DNA of 45,467 bases. Origin: Haliangiales bacterium (GTDB lineage Bacteria > Verrucomicrobiota > Verrucomicrobiia > Limisphaerales > AV2). Below the pieces are notes generated by a model. The model saw only the letters and a list, made by a program, of their open reading frames with translations, was not told where the DNA came from and did no database searches. Positions 35,412 to 45,039 of the stretch are shown piece by piece. Location: positions 1 to 45,467 of the forward strand of contig DASPXS010000185.1 in NCBI GenBank assembly GCA_035637175.1, in the 5' to 3' direction. Positions within the stretch are counted from its first letter, which is position 1. Each line of letters opens with the position of its first letter. A program made the translations under genes and the position numbers.

Positions 35412-36706
35412 GAACCGAGCGACTGGTGATTGTCGATGGAGTCCGCACGCCGTTTTGCAAATCAGGCGGCGACCTCGCGCGCCTCGGCGCGGACGAACTC
35501 GGGCGCGTTGCCGTCAATGCGTTGCTGACGCGCACCGGACTCGATCCGGGCCGGATCGATGAAGTGATTTTTGGTTGCGTGGGCCAGCCGTTCGACGCCG
35601 CCAACGTCGCACGGGTCATCGCTCTGCGCGCCGGCATCCCGGAGCAGGTCCCGGCCGTGACCGTGCATCGCAACTGCGCCTCCGGCTGCGAGGCGCTCAC
35701 GCAGGCTTATGAAAAGATGGTCGCCGGTCGCGGCTCGGTGTTTGTGGTCGGCGGCGCGGAGAGCATGTCGCAAATTCCGTTGCTGTTCAGGCAATCCGCC
35801 GCGGAAAAGTTCGCCGCGTTGTCCAAATCGCGGACCTTCGTCCAAAAATTCCGCGCGCTTGCTTCGTTCCGTCCGTCCGATTTTCAACCTCGGATCGGTC
35901 TGCTGCTCGGGCTGACGGACCCGGTCTGCGGGCTGAACATGGGCGAGACGGCGGAAGTGCTCGCCCGCGAGTTTGGCGTGACGCGCGAAGAGCAGGACGC
36001 CTTTGCCCTGGAATCCCATCGCCGCGCGGTGGCCGCGCGGGATAAACTTGGCGAAGAAATCTGTCCGGTCTTTCCCGCTGACTCCGCGGCCGGCACTCCG
36101 CCCTCCGCCATCGTCCAGGACAACGGTCCGCGAGCGAACCAGACTCTGCAAGCGCTGGCCAAGCTCAAACCGGTCTTTGATCGCAAAACCGGCACCGTGA
36201 CGGCGGGCAATGCCTCGCAAATCACCGACGGCGCGGTCGCGCTGCTGGCAATGTCTGAGTCGAAAGCGGGCGAACTGGGTTTCACGCCGCTGGGTTATCT
36301 CGCCGGTTACAGCTACGCCGGTTGCGACCCGGCGCGGATGGGGTTGGGACCGGTCTTTGCCATTCACCGGGCCGAAGCGCTGACCGGGCTGACGCTCGCC
36401 GACGCTGACCTCATCGAAATCAACGAAGCGTTCGCGGCACAGGCGCTGGCGGTGCTCAAAGGGATGGAGTCGGAAAAATTTGTCCGCAAGGTTCTGCGCC
36501 GCGACACGCCGCTGGGAAGCGTCCCGCGGGAAAAGCTGAATGTGAATGGCGGCGCGATTGCACTCGGCCATCCGGTGGGCGCCACCGGGGCAAGACTGGT
36601 TTTGACGAGCTTGAAGGAATTGAAACGTCGGAAGGCAAAACGCGCGCTGGTTTCGCTCTGTGTGGGCGGCGGACAAGGAGCGGCCCTTTGGCTGGAGGCG
36701 CTATGA
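35408..36706 (+). CDS. Acetyl-CoA C-acyltransferase (thiolase, FadA-like)
   Basis: ATGA overlap. Active-site Cys context VTVHRNCASGCEAL, NGGAIALGHPVGATGARL, and C-terminal LCVGGGQGAA. Confidence 0.93.
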   Translation: MRTERLVIVDGVRTPFCKSGGDLARLGADELGRVAVNALLTRTGLDPGRIDEVIFGCVGQPFDAANVARVIALRAGIPEQVPAVTVHRNCASGCEALTQAYEKMVAGRGSVFVVGGAESMSQIPLLFRQSAAEKFAALSKSRTFVQKFRALASFRPSDFQPRIGLLLGLTDPVCGLNMGETAEVLAREFGVTREEQDAFALESHRRAVAARDKLGEEICPVFPADSAAGTPPSAIVQDNGPRANQTLQALAKLKPVFDRKTGTVTAGNASQITDGAVALLAMSESKAGELGFTPLGYLAGYSYAGCDPARMGLGPVFAIHRAEALTGLTLADADLIEINEAFAAQALAVLKGMESEKFVRKVLRRDTPLGSVPREKLNVNGGAIALGHPVGATGARLVLTSLKELKRRKAKRALVSLCVGGGQGAALWLEAL

Positions 36707-38931
36707 GAAACAACCCTGCAGCCACCGAGGAACGACGGGCGCCAACCGGAGTCAATCCCCCGGCCGGTGACCTTCCGCGGGCCTCCGCGCCGCTCGAAAA
36801 GGCTTTCACTTTGGTTCATCGGCATGTCAGGGAGGATCAACTGTGCGTGCTGACGTTCGATCGTCCGGATTCCTCCGCCAATGTGTTTGATCGCGCGACG
36901 CTCGAGGAACTCGGCGGGCATCTCGATTTCCTCGCCCAATCGCCCGCCGTGAAAGGCGTGGTTCTGACCAGCGCAAAGAATTCCATCTTCATCGCGGGCG
37001 CCGATCTGCATGCGATGGCCAGCGCGTCGGCGAATGACCTGGCCGGTCTGATTGAACTGGGCCAGATGGTTTTCCATCGGCTTGCGTCGTTGAACGTTCC
37101 CACGGTGGCGGCGATTCACGGCGCGTGCGTTGGCGGTGGCTTCGAACTGTGCTTGGCCTGCGATTATCGCGTCGCCTCCTCGGACCGCGCGACGAAGATT
37201 GGCCTGCCGGAAACGCAACTCGGCATTTTGCCGGCCTGGGGCGGCAGCACCCGTTTGCCGCGGCTGATCGGCTTGCCGCGCGCGCTGGACCTGATTCTCA
37301 GCGGCAAAACGTGCGCCGCGAAACAGGCGTTGAAATACGGCATGGTGGACGACCTCGTGCCGCGCGAGCGATTGTTGGAATTTGCCTGCCGGAAAATTTT
37401 GCAGGCCGGTGCGGGATTGAAACGCCGGCGGAGCCGTCTTGCGCTTCTGGCCACGAACAACCGGCTGTTTGCCACCGCGGTTTCGCTGCGCCTGGAGTCG
37501 CAACTGCTGAAGAAAACACGGGGGCATTACCCGGCTGTCTTCAAAGCGCTCGAGGTCGTGAGCAAAGGGGTCTGGCGTCCCCTGGGTGCGTCCCTGGCGT
37601 TGGAGCGCGAAGCCGTCCTGGAACTGGCCCGGACCAGCGAATGCCATAATCTCATCCGAATTTTCTTCCTGCAGGAGCGCGCCAAAAAACAGAGCTACTT
37701 GCCCGGGAATGCCGCGGCCGCCGTGAAACCGGTTCAGCGCACGGCGGTCATCGGCGCGGGCGTGATGGGCGCGGGCATCGCGCAATGGCTCACCTCGCGC
37801 GGTTCGTCCGTGACCCTGCGCGACATCAACGCGGAGCAGGTCGCCAAAGGAATGGCCGGCGTGGCGCAGCTCTACCGCGAAGGCGTGAAACGGCGCCTGT
37901 TCAGCAGAATCGAGGCGCGCGCCGGCCTGGACCGCGTCTTCCCGGCGGACAGGGAGGTGCCGTTGCACGGGATGGATTTGGTTATCGAAGCCGCCGTGGA
38001 GAAAATGGATTTGAAGAAAAGGATTTTCCAGCGCCTGGGAGAACTCGCCGGACCGGAGACGATGCTGGCGACCAATACCTCGGCGTTGTCCGTTTCCGAG
38101 ATCGCCTCCGGCACGAAGTCGCCGGAGCGCGTCGTCGGCGTCCATTTCTTCAATCCGGTGCACCGGATGCAACTGGTCGAAGTCGTCGTCGCGCGGCAGA
38201 CCAGTCCGGAGATCGTGCAACGCGCGCTGCGGTATGTGCAGCAGATCGGCAAGTTGCCGGTCGTGGTGAAGGACAGTCCGGGCTTTCTGGTGAACCGCGT
38301 TCTGATGCCGTATTTGATCGAGGCCGGCGTTTTGTTCGAAGCCGGCGCGAGCATCGAGAACATTGACGAGGCGATGCTGGATTTCGGAATGCCGATGGGG
38401 CCGTTGCGATTGATTGATGAAGTGGGCGTGGATGTGGCGCAGCACGTTGCCGAGGAGCTGGAGGTCAAATTCAGCGACCGGCTCCGCGCGCCGCGGGTCC
38501 TGTCGGAGATGCTCAAGGCCGGCCTGCTGGGGCGCAAGAGCGAGCGCGGTTTTTATCTCTACAACGCGAAAAAACCCGCGGTGAATTCGGGCTTGAGCCT
38601 GTTTCAGGACAAGGAGTGGGCCAAGAGTCTGGGACGCGAAGCGCTGCAACAACGAATGGCCCTGTTGATGGTCAATGAAGCGGCGCGCTGTCTGGAGGAG
38701 GAAATCGCGACGGAACCGGCGGACGTCGATTTCGCAATGATCATGGGCACCGGCTTTGCGCCGTTTCGCGGCGGCCCGCTTCAATACGCCGACAGCCTCG
38801 GCGGTCAGAAAATTGTCGGCGACATGAAACGGCTGGCGGATTCGGGCGCGGGGTATTTCGAACCCTGCTCCCTGCTGCAGACGCAGGCGGCGGAAGGAAG
38901 ACGATTTTATTCGGAGAAAGAAGAGCGATGA
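36703..38931 (+). CDS. Bifunctional enoyl-CoA hydratase / 3-hydroxyacyl-CoA dehydrogenase (FadB/FadJ-like)
   Basis: GGAGG at 36695-36699. ATG 36703 overlaps the thiolase stop (ATGA). Crotonase part FIAGADL...GGGFELCLACDYR. Rossmann motif AVIGAGVMGAGIAQW and the 3HCDH C-terminal domains. Confidence 0.92.
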   Translation: MRNNPAATEERRAPTGVNPPAGDLPRASAPLEKAFTLVHRHVREDQLCVLTFDRPDSSANVFDRATLEELGGHLDFLAQSPAVKGVVLTSAKNSIFIAGADLHAMASASANDLAGLIELGQMVFHRLASLNVPTVAAIHGACVGGGFELCLACDYRVASSDRATKIGLPETQLGILPAWGGSTRLPRLIGLPRALDLILSGKTCAAKQALKYGMVDDLVPRERLLEFACRKILQAGAGLKRRRSRLALLATNNRLFATAVSLRLESQLLKKTRGHYPAVFKALEVVSKGVWRPLGASLALEREAVLELARTSECHNLIRIFFLQERAKKQSYLPGNAAAAVKPVQRTAVIGAGVMGAGIAQWLTSRGSSVTLRDINAEQVAKGMAGVAQLYREGVKRRLFSRIEARAGLDRVFPADREVPLHGMDLVIEAAVEKMDLKKRIFQRLGELAGPETMLATNTSALSVSEIASGTKSPERVVGVHFFNPVHRMQLVEVVVARQTSPEIVQRALRYVQQIGKLPVVVKDSPGFLVNRVLMPYLIEAGVLFEAGASIENIDEAMLDFGMPMGPLRLIDEVGVDVAQHVAEELEVKFSDRLRAPRVLSEMLKAGLLGRKSERGFYLYNAKKPAVNSGLSLFQDKEWAKSLGREALQQRMALLMVNEAARCLEEEIATEPADVDFAMIMGTGFAPFRGGPLQYADSLGGQKIVGDMKRLADSGAGYFEPCSLLQTQAAEGRRFYSEKEER

Positions 38932-40868
38932 ATACTACAAACACGGCACCCAAAGACCCAAAGCGCAAACCGCCCGGCGAAGAAGAGGGCTCGGCGATTG
39001 ACACTTCAAAGATGTCGGCAGGTCAGCGGGCGGCGCTGGAGTTGACCGAGGCCGCGCGCGACACCGGCGGACGCGGCAGTTTCGCCAGCAGGTTGTTCCT
39101 GGGACAGCTTGATGCGGACGCGGTTCATCCTTTTCCGGAACAGAAACCCGAGGATTGCGACCAGGGTGACGCCTTTTTGCAGCGGCTTGAACAATTTCTT
39201 CGCGAGCGGGTTGACCCGGATGAAATCGACCGGAGCGGCGAAATCCCCTCCGAGGTGATCCGGCAACTGGCGGATATGGGCGCGTTCGGCATCAAAATTG
39301 CCCCGCGCTACGGCGGGCTCGGATTGTCGCAAATCAACTACTGTCGCGCGGCCATGTTGCTGGGCAGTTATTGCGGCAACCTGGCGGCGCTGATTTCCGC
39401 GCATCAATCCATCGGCGTGCCGCAACCGCTGATCCTCTTCGGCGATGAAGAACAGAAACGAAAATTCCTGCCCCGAATGGCGAAGGGCGAGATCTCGGCT
39501 TTTGCGCTGACCGAATCGGGCGTCGGCTCCGACCCGGCGAAAATGCAAACGCATGCCGAGCCGACGCCGGACGGTAAACACTTTGTCCTCAACGGCGAGA
39601 AGCTGTGGTGCACGAACGGCACGAAGGCCGGCGTCATCGTCGTGATGGCGCGGACGCCGCCGAAGACGATCAACGGCAGACCGAAAGACCAGGTCACGGC
39701 GTTTATCGTCGAGATGGACATGCCCGGCGTGGAAGTCGTGCAGCGCTGCCGGTTCATGGGGCTGCGGGCGCTCTACAACGCCGTGGTTCGCTTCACCGAT
39801 GTCCGCGTGCCGCGCGAGAACATTTTGCTGGCCGAAGGCAAAGGACTGCGGGTCGCCCTTTCGACCTTGAACACGGGACGACTGACACTGCCGGCTGCCT
39901 GCGTGGGGCTGTCCAAGCGCTGTCTGGAAACGGTTCGGAAGTGGGCAAAAGATCGGGAGCAATGGGGCGCGCCCATCGGCAGGCATGCCGCCATCGCCGA
40001 CAAGATCGCGCGCATGGCGGCGAACACGTTCGCGATGGAAGCGATGACACTTTACACCGCCAGCCTGGTGGATCGGGACAAGAAGGCGGACATTCGGCTG
40101 GAGGCCGCGATGTGCAAGCTGTGGGGGAGCGAAGTGGGGTGGGAAATCGTCAACGACACGATGCAAATCCGCGGCGGACGCGGCTACGAGACGGCCGAGT
40201 CATTGAAGGCCCGCGGCGAAGAGGCGGTGCCGGTGGAGCGTCTCTTTCGCGACAGCCGCATCAACACCATTTTTGAAGGTTCCAGCGAGATCATGCGATT
40301 GTTCATCGCGCGCGAAGCGCTCGACCCGCATTTGAAAGTCGCCGCCCCGGTCCTGAATTCGCAACTTCCCGCCTCTCGGCGCCTGAAAGCAGCGTTGAAG
40401 GCGGGATTGTTTTACGCCTTGTGGTATCCGCGGCAATTCCTGCCGCCGATTCACGTTGGCCGTTCAAAGTTCAACCTTCATCCGGTCCTGCGACGGCATT
40501 TGCGCTACGCCGCGCGCACCGGCCGGAAGCTGGCGCGAAAACTTTTCCACGCGATGCTCGTTCAAGGCCCGAAGCTCGAACGGCAGCAGGTGCTGCTGGG
40601 GCGATTCGTGGACATCGGCACGGAGTTGTTTGCCATCGCGGTGACCTGCTCGCGCGCGCAGGCGTTGCTGGCCGCGCGCACCGGCGGAGAAAGGCAAGAG
40701 TTGATTGAACTCGCCGATTACTTCTGTCGCTCGGCGCGGCTGCGCATTGAGAGAAACTTCCAAGGACTTCGTCGCAATGCCGACCGTCGCGGTTACAGGC
40801 TGGCGCAGGAGGTGTTGGCCAGCAAACACGAGTGGCTGGAGAAAGGGATCGTTGGTCGCAAGGATTAA
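38928..40868 (+). CDS. Long acyl-CoA dehydrogenase (about 646 aa, with a C-terminal extension)
   Basis: ATGA overlap. ACAD N/M/C domains (FALTESGVGSDPAKMQT..., catalytic region IRGGRGYETAE...FEGSSEIM), followed by about 180 extra residues. Confidence 0.9.
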   Translation: MNTTNTAPKDPKRKPPGEEEGSAIDTSKMSAGQRAALELTEAARDTGGRGSFASRLFLGQLDADAVHPFPEQKPEDCDQGDAFLQRLEQFLRERVDPDEIDRSGEIPSEVIRQLADMGAFGIKIAPRYGGLGLSQINYCRAAMLLGSYCGNLAALISAHQSIGVPQPLILFGDEEQKRKFLPRMAKGEISAFALTESGVGSDPAKMQTHAEPTPDGKHFVLNGEKLWCTNGTKAGVIVVMARTPPKTINGRPKDQVTAFIVEMDMPGVEVVQRCRFMGLRALYNAVVRFTDVRVPRENILLAEGKGLRVALSTLNTGRLTLPAACVGLSKRCLETVRKWAKDREQWGAPIGRHAAIADKIARMAANTFAMEAMTLYTASLVDRDKKADIRLEAAMCKLWGSEVGWEIVNDTMQIRGGRGYETAESLKARGEEAVPVERLFRDSRINTIFEGSSEIMRLFIAREALDPHLKVAAPVLNSQLPASRRLKAALKAGLFYALWYPRQFLPPIHVGRSKFNLHPVLRRHLRYAARTGRKLARKLFHAMLVQGPKLERQQVLLGRFVDIGTELFAIAVTCSRAQALLAARTGGERQELIELADYFCRSARLRIERNFQGLRRNADRRGYRLAQEVLASKHEWLEKGIVGRKD

Positions 40869-40920
40869 GCGCAACGATTCAAATAGACGCGCAGCAATTG
40901 ATTTCATCGACGATTCTCCC

Positions 40921-40941
40921 GGCGCCTCTGGAGGAGGCGCC
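40921..40941 (+). terminator. GC-rich stem-loop downstream of the beta-oxidation operon (possible terminator, no U-tract)
   Basis: GGCGCCTC (40921-40928), loop TGGAG, GAGGCGCC (40934-40941). It starts 53 nt after the stop at 40868. Confidence 0.3.
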
Positions 40942-41137
40942 CCCGAGGGCTGCGAGCGAATGCCTGCCTGACATCAGCAACATCGGCATACGTTGTCCTT
41001 TCCATTGAGCGGTCCAATTCCGTCGGTTGCCCAGAGTCTCACTGTTCAAGAAGCGCTCACTTTGACCGGCGCCCGGTTGTCCGAACCACAACGAACGAAA
41101 TCAGATGACAACGCATTTCCAACACTTAAAAAGCCGC

Positions 41138-41155
41138 TCCCAAGGTTCCCAAGGT
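41138..41155. repeat. Tandem direct repeat 2 x TCCCAAGGT upstream of korA
   Basis: TCCCAAGGT at 41138-41146 and again at 41147-41155, in the 447-nt intergenic region. Confidence 0.55.
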
Positions 41156-41315
41156 GGTAAAGGCAATTTTTCGATAGCACCGAAAAAGCGGTTGTGATAT
41201 TTTTTTGTTGGCTGGTTCCCGGTTTAATGGTTTTGTGTGTGACTGCGCGCTTCGGGTAAGTCCGAAGTCAATCGACTTGCGGGTTGCCAGGATGCGCGCG
41301 CGTCTGATTTTTCCT

Positions 41316-43121
41316 ATGGCTACAGTTGATTTCGCGGTCGGCATCGGCGGTGAGAATGGTCAGGGCATTGCATCCACCGGTGACATCCTCGCGCGTATTT
41401 TCGCGCGCCGCGGTTTGAACCTCAATGCCTATAACGCCTACCAGTCCATTATCCGCGGCGGCCACACGTTTTTGACCATCCGCGCCAGCGACGGGCCGGT
41501 CCGTAGTATGGGCGACAAAGTGGACGTGCTGATTCCGCTCAACCAGGATTCCATGGATCGGCATCTCCGTTTGATGAAGGCCGGATCGCGCGTGGTTTAC
41601 GACGTCGAAAAACTCAAACCGGGCGCGCCCGCGGCCGGCGTGCAACTTTGCCCGATGCCGATGAAGGAACTCACCCGGGGCAACAAACTCGCCGCCAACA
41701 CCGCCGCGCTTGGCGCCACGCTGCAGATGCTCGGCATCGAGTCCGAACCGCTCGAAGCCGTCATCGCCCGGCAATTCAAGAAGAAAGGTGACGCCGTCGT
41801 CGCGGAAAACGTCGGCATCGCCCGCGGCGGCTACGATTACGCCGCGCAGAATTTCAAGCCGTTTCCGTTCAAAGCGCCGAAGCTTTCCAGGCCGCAGGCC
41901 ATCGTCACCGGCAACCAGGCCACGGCGATGGGCGGTGTCGCGGCGGGCGTGAAATTTTACGCGGCCTATCCGATGAGCCCGTCCACCGGCGTGTTGATGT
42001 GGATGGCGGCGCACGCGCGACAGTTGAGCATCATGGTGCGCCAGGTGGAAGACGAAATCGGCGTCATGAACATGGTCATAGGAGCGGGACACACCGGGTG
42101 CCGCGCGATGTGCGCGACTTCCGGCGGCGGGTTTGCCTTGATGACCGAAGCGATCGGCATGGCCGGCATGATCGAAACGCCGGTCGTCTGCGTGGATGTT
42201 CAGCGCGCCGGTCCGGCCACGGGCGTGCCTACCAAGACCGAGCAAGGGGACCTCTGGCAGGTGCTCGGCGCAGGGCAGGGGGATTTTCCTCGCGTCATCG
42301 TTGCGCCCTCCAGTCAGCTCGATCTGTTTCGAACCATCCCCGAACTGTTCAATCTCTGCGACAAATACCAATGCCCGGGGCTGGTCCTGGCCGACCTGTT
42401 GATATCCGAAGGAACCGCCAGTGTTGATCCGGCGGACCTCAATTTCGACGTGAAGATTGACCGCGGCGAGCTCATCCTGCCGAATGGCAACGGGGAAACC
42501 GAAACCCCTTTCAGCGGCTACAATGACAACTCCTACCTGCGCTACAAGAATACCGCGAGCGGCATCTCACCACGCGCCGTGCCGGGCGTGCCGGGCCACA
42601 TTCACGTCGCCGCCACCGACGAGCATGACGAAGACGGCACGCTCATCAGCGACGAGTTCACCAACCCGACCAAACGCCGGATGATGGTGGAGAAGCGCGC
42701 GCGCAAGATGCAAAACGCGGCTGCGGATGTTGCGGCGCCGAAACTCGTCGGACCGGAGAACGCGCAGGTAACCCTGGTCGGCTGGGGTTCAACCGAAGGC
42801 GTGATCCGTGAAGCCGTGGAAAAGCTGGCGGGCGAGGAAGGCGTTGTCGCCAACCAGCTTCACGTAAAATGGATCGTGCCGTTTCACGCCGGGGAAGTGA
42901 CGCGCATCCTTTCGCGCAGCAAAAAAGTCATCATCGTTGAGAACAATTACAGCGGACAATTTGCGCGCTATCTCCGCTCCGAAACCGGTTTCGCCGCGCA
43001 CGGTCACATCCGCAAGTACGACGGCGAACCGTTCATGCCGCACCACATCGTCAGCGCCGTGAAGGAACAGCTCGCCGGCAAACAGGAAATTTCCGTCCCC
43101 ACCCACGAAGTGATTGTTTAG
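41316..43121 (+). CDS. korA: 2-oxoacid:ferredoxin oxidoreductase alpha subunit (KorA type, fused gamma+alpha domains)
   Basis: MATVDFAVGIGGENGQGIASTGDILARIFARRGLNLNAYNAYQSIIRGGHTF (POR gamma-like), then the alpha domain (AAYPMSPST...). I chose ATG 41316 inside track ORF 41205..43121. Confidence 0.9.
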   Translation: MATVDFAVGIGGENGQGIASTGDILARIFARRGLNLNAYNAYQSIIRGGHTFLTIRASDGPVRSMGDKVDVLIPLNQDSMDRHLRLMKAGSRVVYDVEKLKPGAPAAGVQLCPMPMKELTRGNKLAANTAALGATLQMLGIESEPLEAVIARQFKKKGDAVVAENVGIARGGYDYAAQNFKPFPFKAPKLSRPQAIVTGNQATAMGGVAAGVKFYAAYPMSPSTGVLMWMAAHARQLSIMVRQVEDEIGVMNMVIGAGHTGCRAMCATSGGGFALMTEAIGMAGMIETPVVCVDVQRAGPATGVPTKTEQGDLWQVLGAGQGDFPRVIVAPSSQLDLFRTIPELFNLCDKYQCPGLVLADLLISEGTASVDPADLNFDVKIDRGELILPNGNGETETPFSGYNDNSYLRYKNTASGISPRAVPGVPGHIHVAATDEHDEDGTLISDEFTNPTKRRMMVEKRARKMQNAAADVAAPKLVGPENAQVTLVGWGSTEGVIREAVEKLAGEEGVVANQLHVKWIVPFHAGEVTRILSRSKKVIIVENNYSGQFARYLRSETGFAAHGHIRKYDGEPFMPHHIVSAVKEQLAGKQEISVPTHEVIV

Positions 43122-43128
43122 GAGAACT

Positions 43129-44058
43129 ATGAGCACCGCAGTCGAAACCGCACCCCCGCTCGCCACGCCGACCGTCCCCCCCGGTCAATTGACCAGGGAC
43201 ACCTACAAAGGAAAGATTCATCCCGATTGGTGCCCGGGGTGCGGCGATTTTTCCGTTCTGTCCGCGTTGCAAACGGCGCTCTTCGAGTTGGGACTCAAGC
43301 CGCACCAGGTTTTGGTGGTCAGCGGCATTGGTTGTTCCTCGAACCTGCCGGGCTTTATCAATGCTTACGGGATGCACACCCTTCATGGCCGCTCGCTGGC
43401 CGTGGCGACAGGCGCCAAACTGGGCAACCACGAACTGAAAGTGATCTGCACGGGCGGTGACGGAGACGGTTACGGAATCGGCGGCAATCACTTTGTCCAC
43501 ACGATGCGCCGCAACGTGGACCTGACTTACATTGTGATGGACAACCAGATTTACGGCCTCACCACGGGACAGGTCTCGCCCACCAGCGTGAAGGGAATGA
43601 AAACCAAGTCAACGCCCCACGGCAGCGTGGAGAACCCCATCAATCCCATTCCCATGGCCATCGTGGGCGGTGCGACCTACGTGGCGCGCGCCTTCAGCGG
43701 CAAACAAAAGCACATGGTGGATATCCTCAAAGGCGCCATCCAGCACAAGGGCTTTGCGCTCGTGGACGTCTTCAGCCCCTGCGTGACCTACAACAAGGAC
43801 AACACCTATCAATGGTTCAATCCGCGCGTGAAAATCCTCGAAGACCAGGGCCACGACCCGAACGATTTCAACAAAGCGATGGAGCGTGGTTACCAGTGGG
43901 GCGAGGAAATTCCCATCGGCCTGTTCTGGAAGCGCCCTGACCTGCCGAGCCTGGAAGACCTGGAACCGGTGCTGCACGACGGCGGCGGTCCGCTGGCCCA
44001 CCGCAAGCTCGGTATTGCGGAGGAACAGGCCCAGGCGCTGATTAAGGAATTGCTTTAG
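43129..44058 (+). CDS. korB: 2-oxoacid:ferredoxin oxidoreductase beta subunit (TPP-binding, KorB type)
   Basis: AGGAG at 43120-43124, ATG at 43129. WCPGCGDFSVL motif and TPP motif GGDGDGYGIGGNHFVH...MDNQIYGLTTGQ. Confidence 0.92.
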   Translation: MSTAVETAPPLATPTVPPGQLTRDTYKGKIHPDWCPGCGDFSVLSALQTALFELGLKPHQVLVVSGIGCSSNLPGFINAYGMHTLHGRSLAVATGAKLGNHELKVICTGGDGDGYGIGGNHFVHTMRRNVDLTYIVMDNQIYGLTTGQVSPTSVKGMKTKSTPHGSVENPINPIPMAIVGGATYVARAFSGKQKHMVDILKGAIQHKGFALVDVFSPCVTYNKDNTYQWFNPRVKILEDQGHDPNDFNKAMERGYQWGEEIPIGLFWKRPDLPSLEDLEPVLHDGGGPLAHRKLGIAEEQAQALIKELL

Positions 44059-44793
44059 AATCGTTTCTAAACCGGGGCCGATCAGGTCCCGCTGACCGAA
44101 GCGAAGCACCAGGAACTCCTTCAGGCGGAATCGGCCGCGCTGAACCCGGCCATCCCCCTGAACCGGGCTAAGCGGAAATTGTCGCGACTTGAACAAAAAT
44201 GGTAATGGAAGTGTTTTGACGAAGGAGGCGCAGCGCGGAGGTTGAGGGGTGATGGGAATTGCTCGTACGCGGATTCGCGATTCTCGTATGAAAATGAGAA
44301 TGCTTCCTCTCACCTGCTGCCCATCTGCAACGCTCTGCACCCCTGCCAAGCTCAGTCACCCAGCGACAGTGGCTCAGTCGCGCAGTCTTGCGAAAAATTA
44401 TCGGCCAGCGAAGAGGAAGACCTTTCTAAGAACTGCCGAACCATTGCCAAAATCCGCAGACGATCTCCACCGGGCGATTAAGAGATTCACAAATAACAAC
44501 AGGGCACTGTTCGGACACGGCGCAGAAGTTTTGACCAACGTGACACGGGAGTTTGTCGCGGCCCACAAAGGCATGCGCACCGTCGTCTGGCCTGCGAAGC
44601 ATCGCGGTAAATTTGTGACCACACTGTTTCAAATTGTTGGTTGCTTCATTCCCCGCGCCTATCCTATTGCAAGCTGCGAAAGGAAGCCTGTGTGAAAAGG
44701 TCACTACCTCTGCTTTTTGGTCGGTTTAAACGTGTACGTGAGTGGTAGCAGGTCAGATCAAGAATAACTCCAAAACAGGAAAGGAACACTACC

Positions 44794-45039
44794 ATGAAAT
44801 TGCGAAGAGTGACGGAACCGCGAGCCTTTACTCAGCGCGAGCTTGAGGTGATGGGTCTGATGGCGAAGGGCAAGTCCAACAAGGAGATCGCCGCTGAGCT
44901 GGGCGTCGGTTTCTCGGCGGTGCACCACCATCAATACAACATTTTCCGAAAGCTTGACGTGGGCAACCGGACGGAAGCAACTCTCAAGTGGATATTCACG
45001 AGAAATGAAGCAGCCGTTCAAGGATTTCGCGGCCTATGA
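44794..45039 (+). CDS. LuxR/GerE-family HTH-only transcriptional regulator (81 aa)
   Basis: AGGAA upstream. FTQRELEVMGLMAKGKSNKEIAAELGVGFSAVHHHQYNIFRKLDVGNRTEA is a complete GerE-type HTH with no sensor or receiver domain. Confidence 0.85.
   Translation: MKLRRVTEPRAFTQRELEVMGLMAKGKSNKEIAAELGVGFSAVHHHQYNIFRKLDVGNRTEATLKWIFTRNEAAVQGFRGL

Noticed and set aside
41105-41200. 31-codon ORF (MTTHFQHLKSRSQGSQGGKGNFSIAPKKRL) overlapping the TCCCAAGGT tandem repeat upstream of korA.
   Set aside because: It has no RBS and is very short. The repeat itself generates the SQGSQG sequence, so it is most likely non-coding.
44071-44205. Coding-like 44-codon open stretch directly after korB, considered as a possible gene remnant or antitoxin-like tail.
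   Set aside because: It has no ATG/GTG start and is bounded upstream by TAA. The resemblance to any family is too vague to call a pseudogene.
44249-44695. 148-aa ORF in the korB-LuxR gap, proposed as a real gene.
   Set aside because: It has no recognisable domain, no RBS and an atypical composition. It is kept only as part of a low-interest finding.
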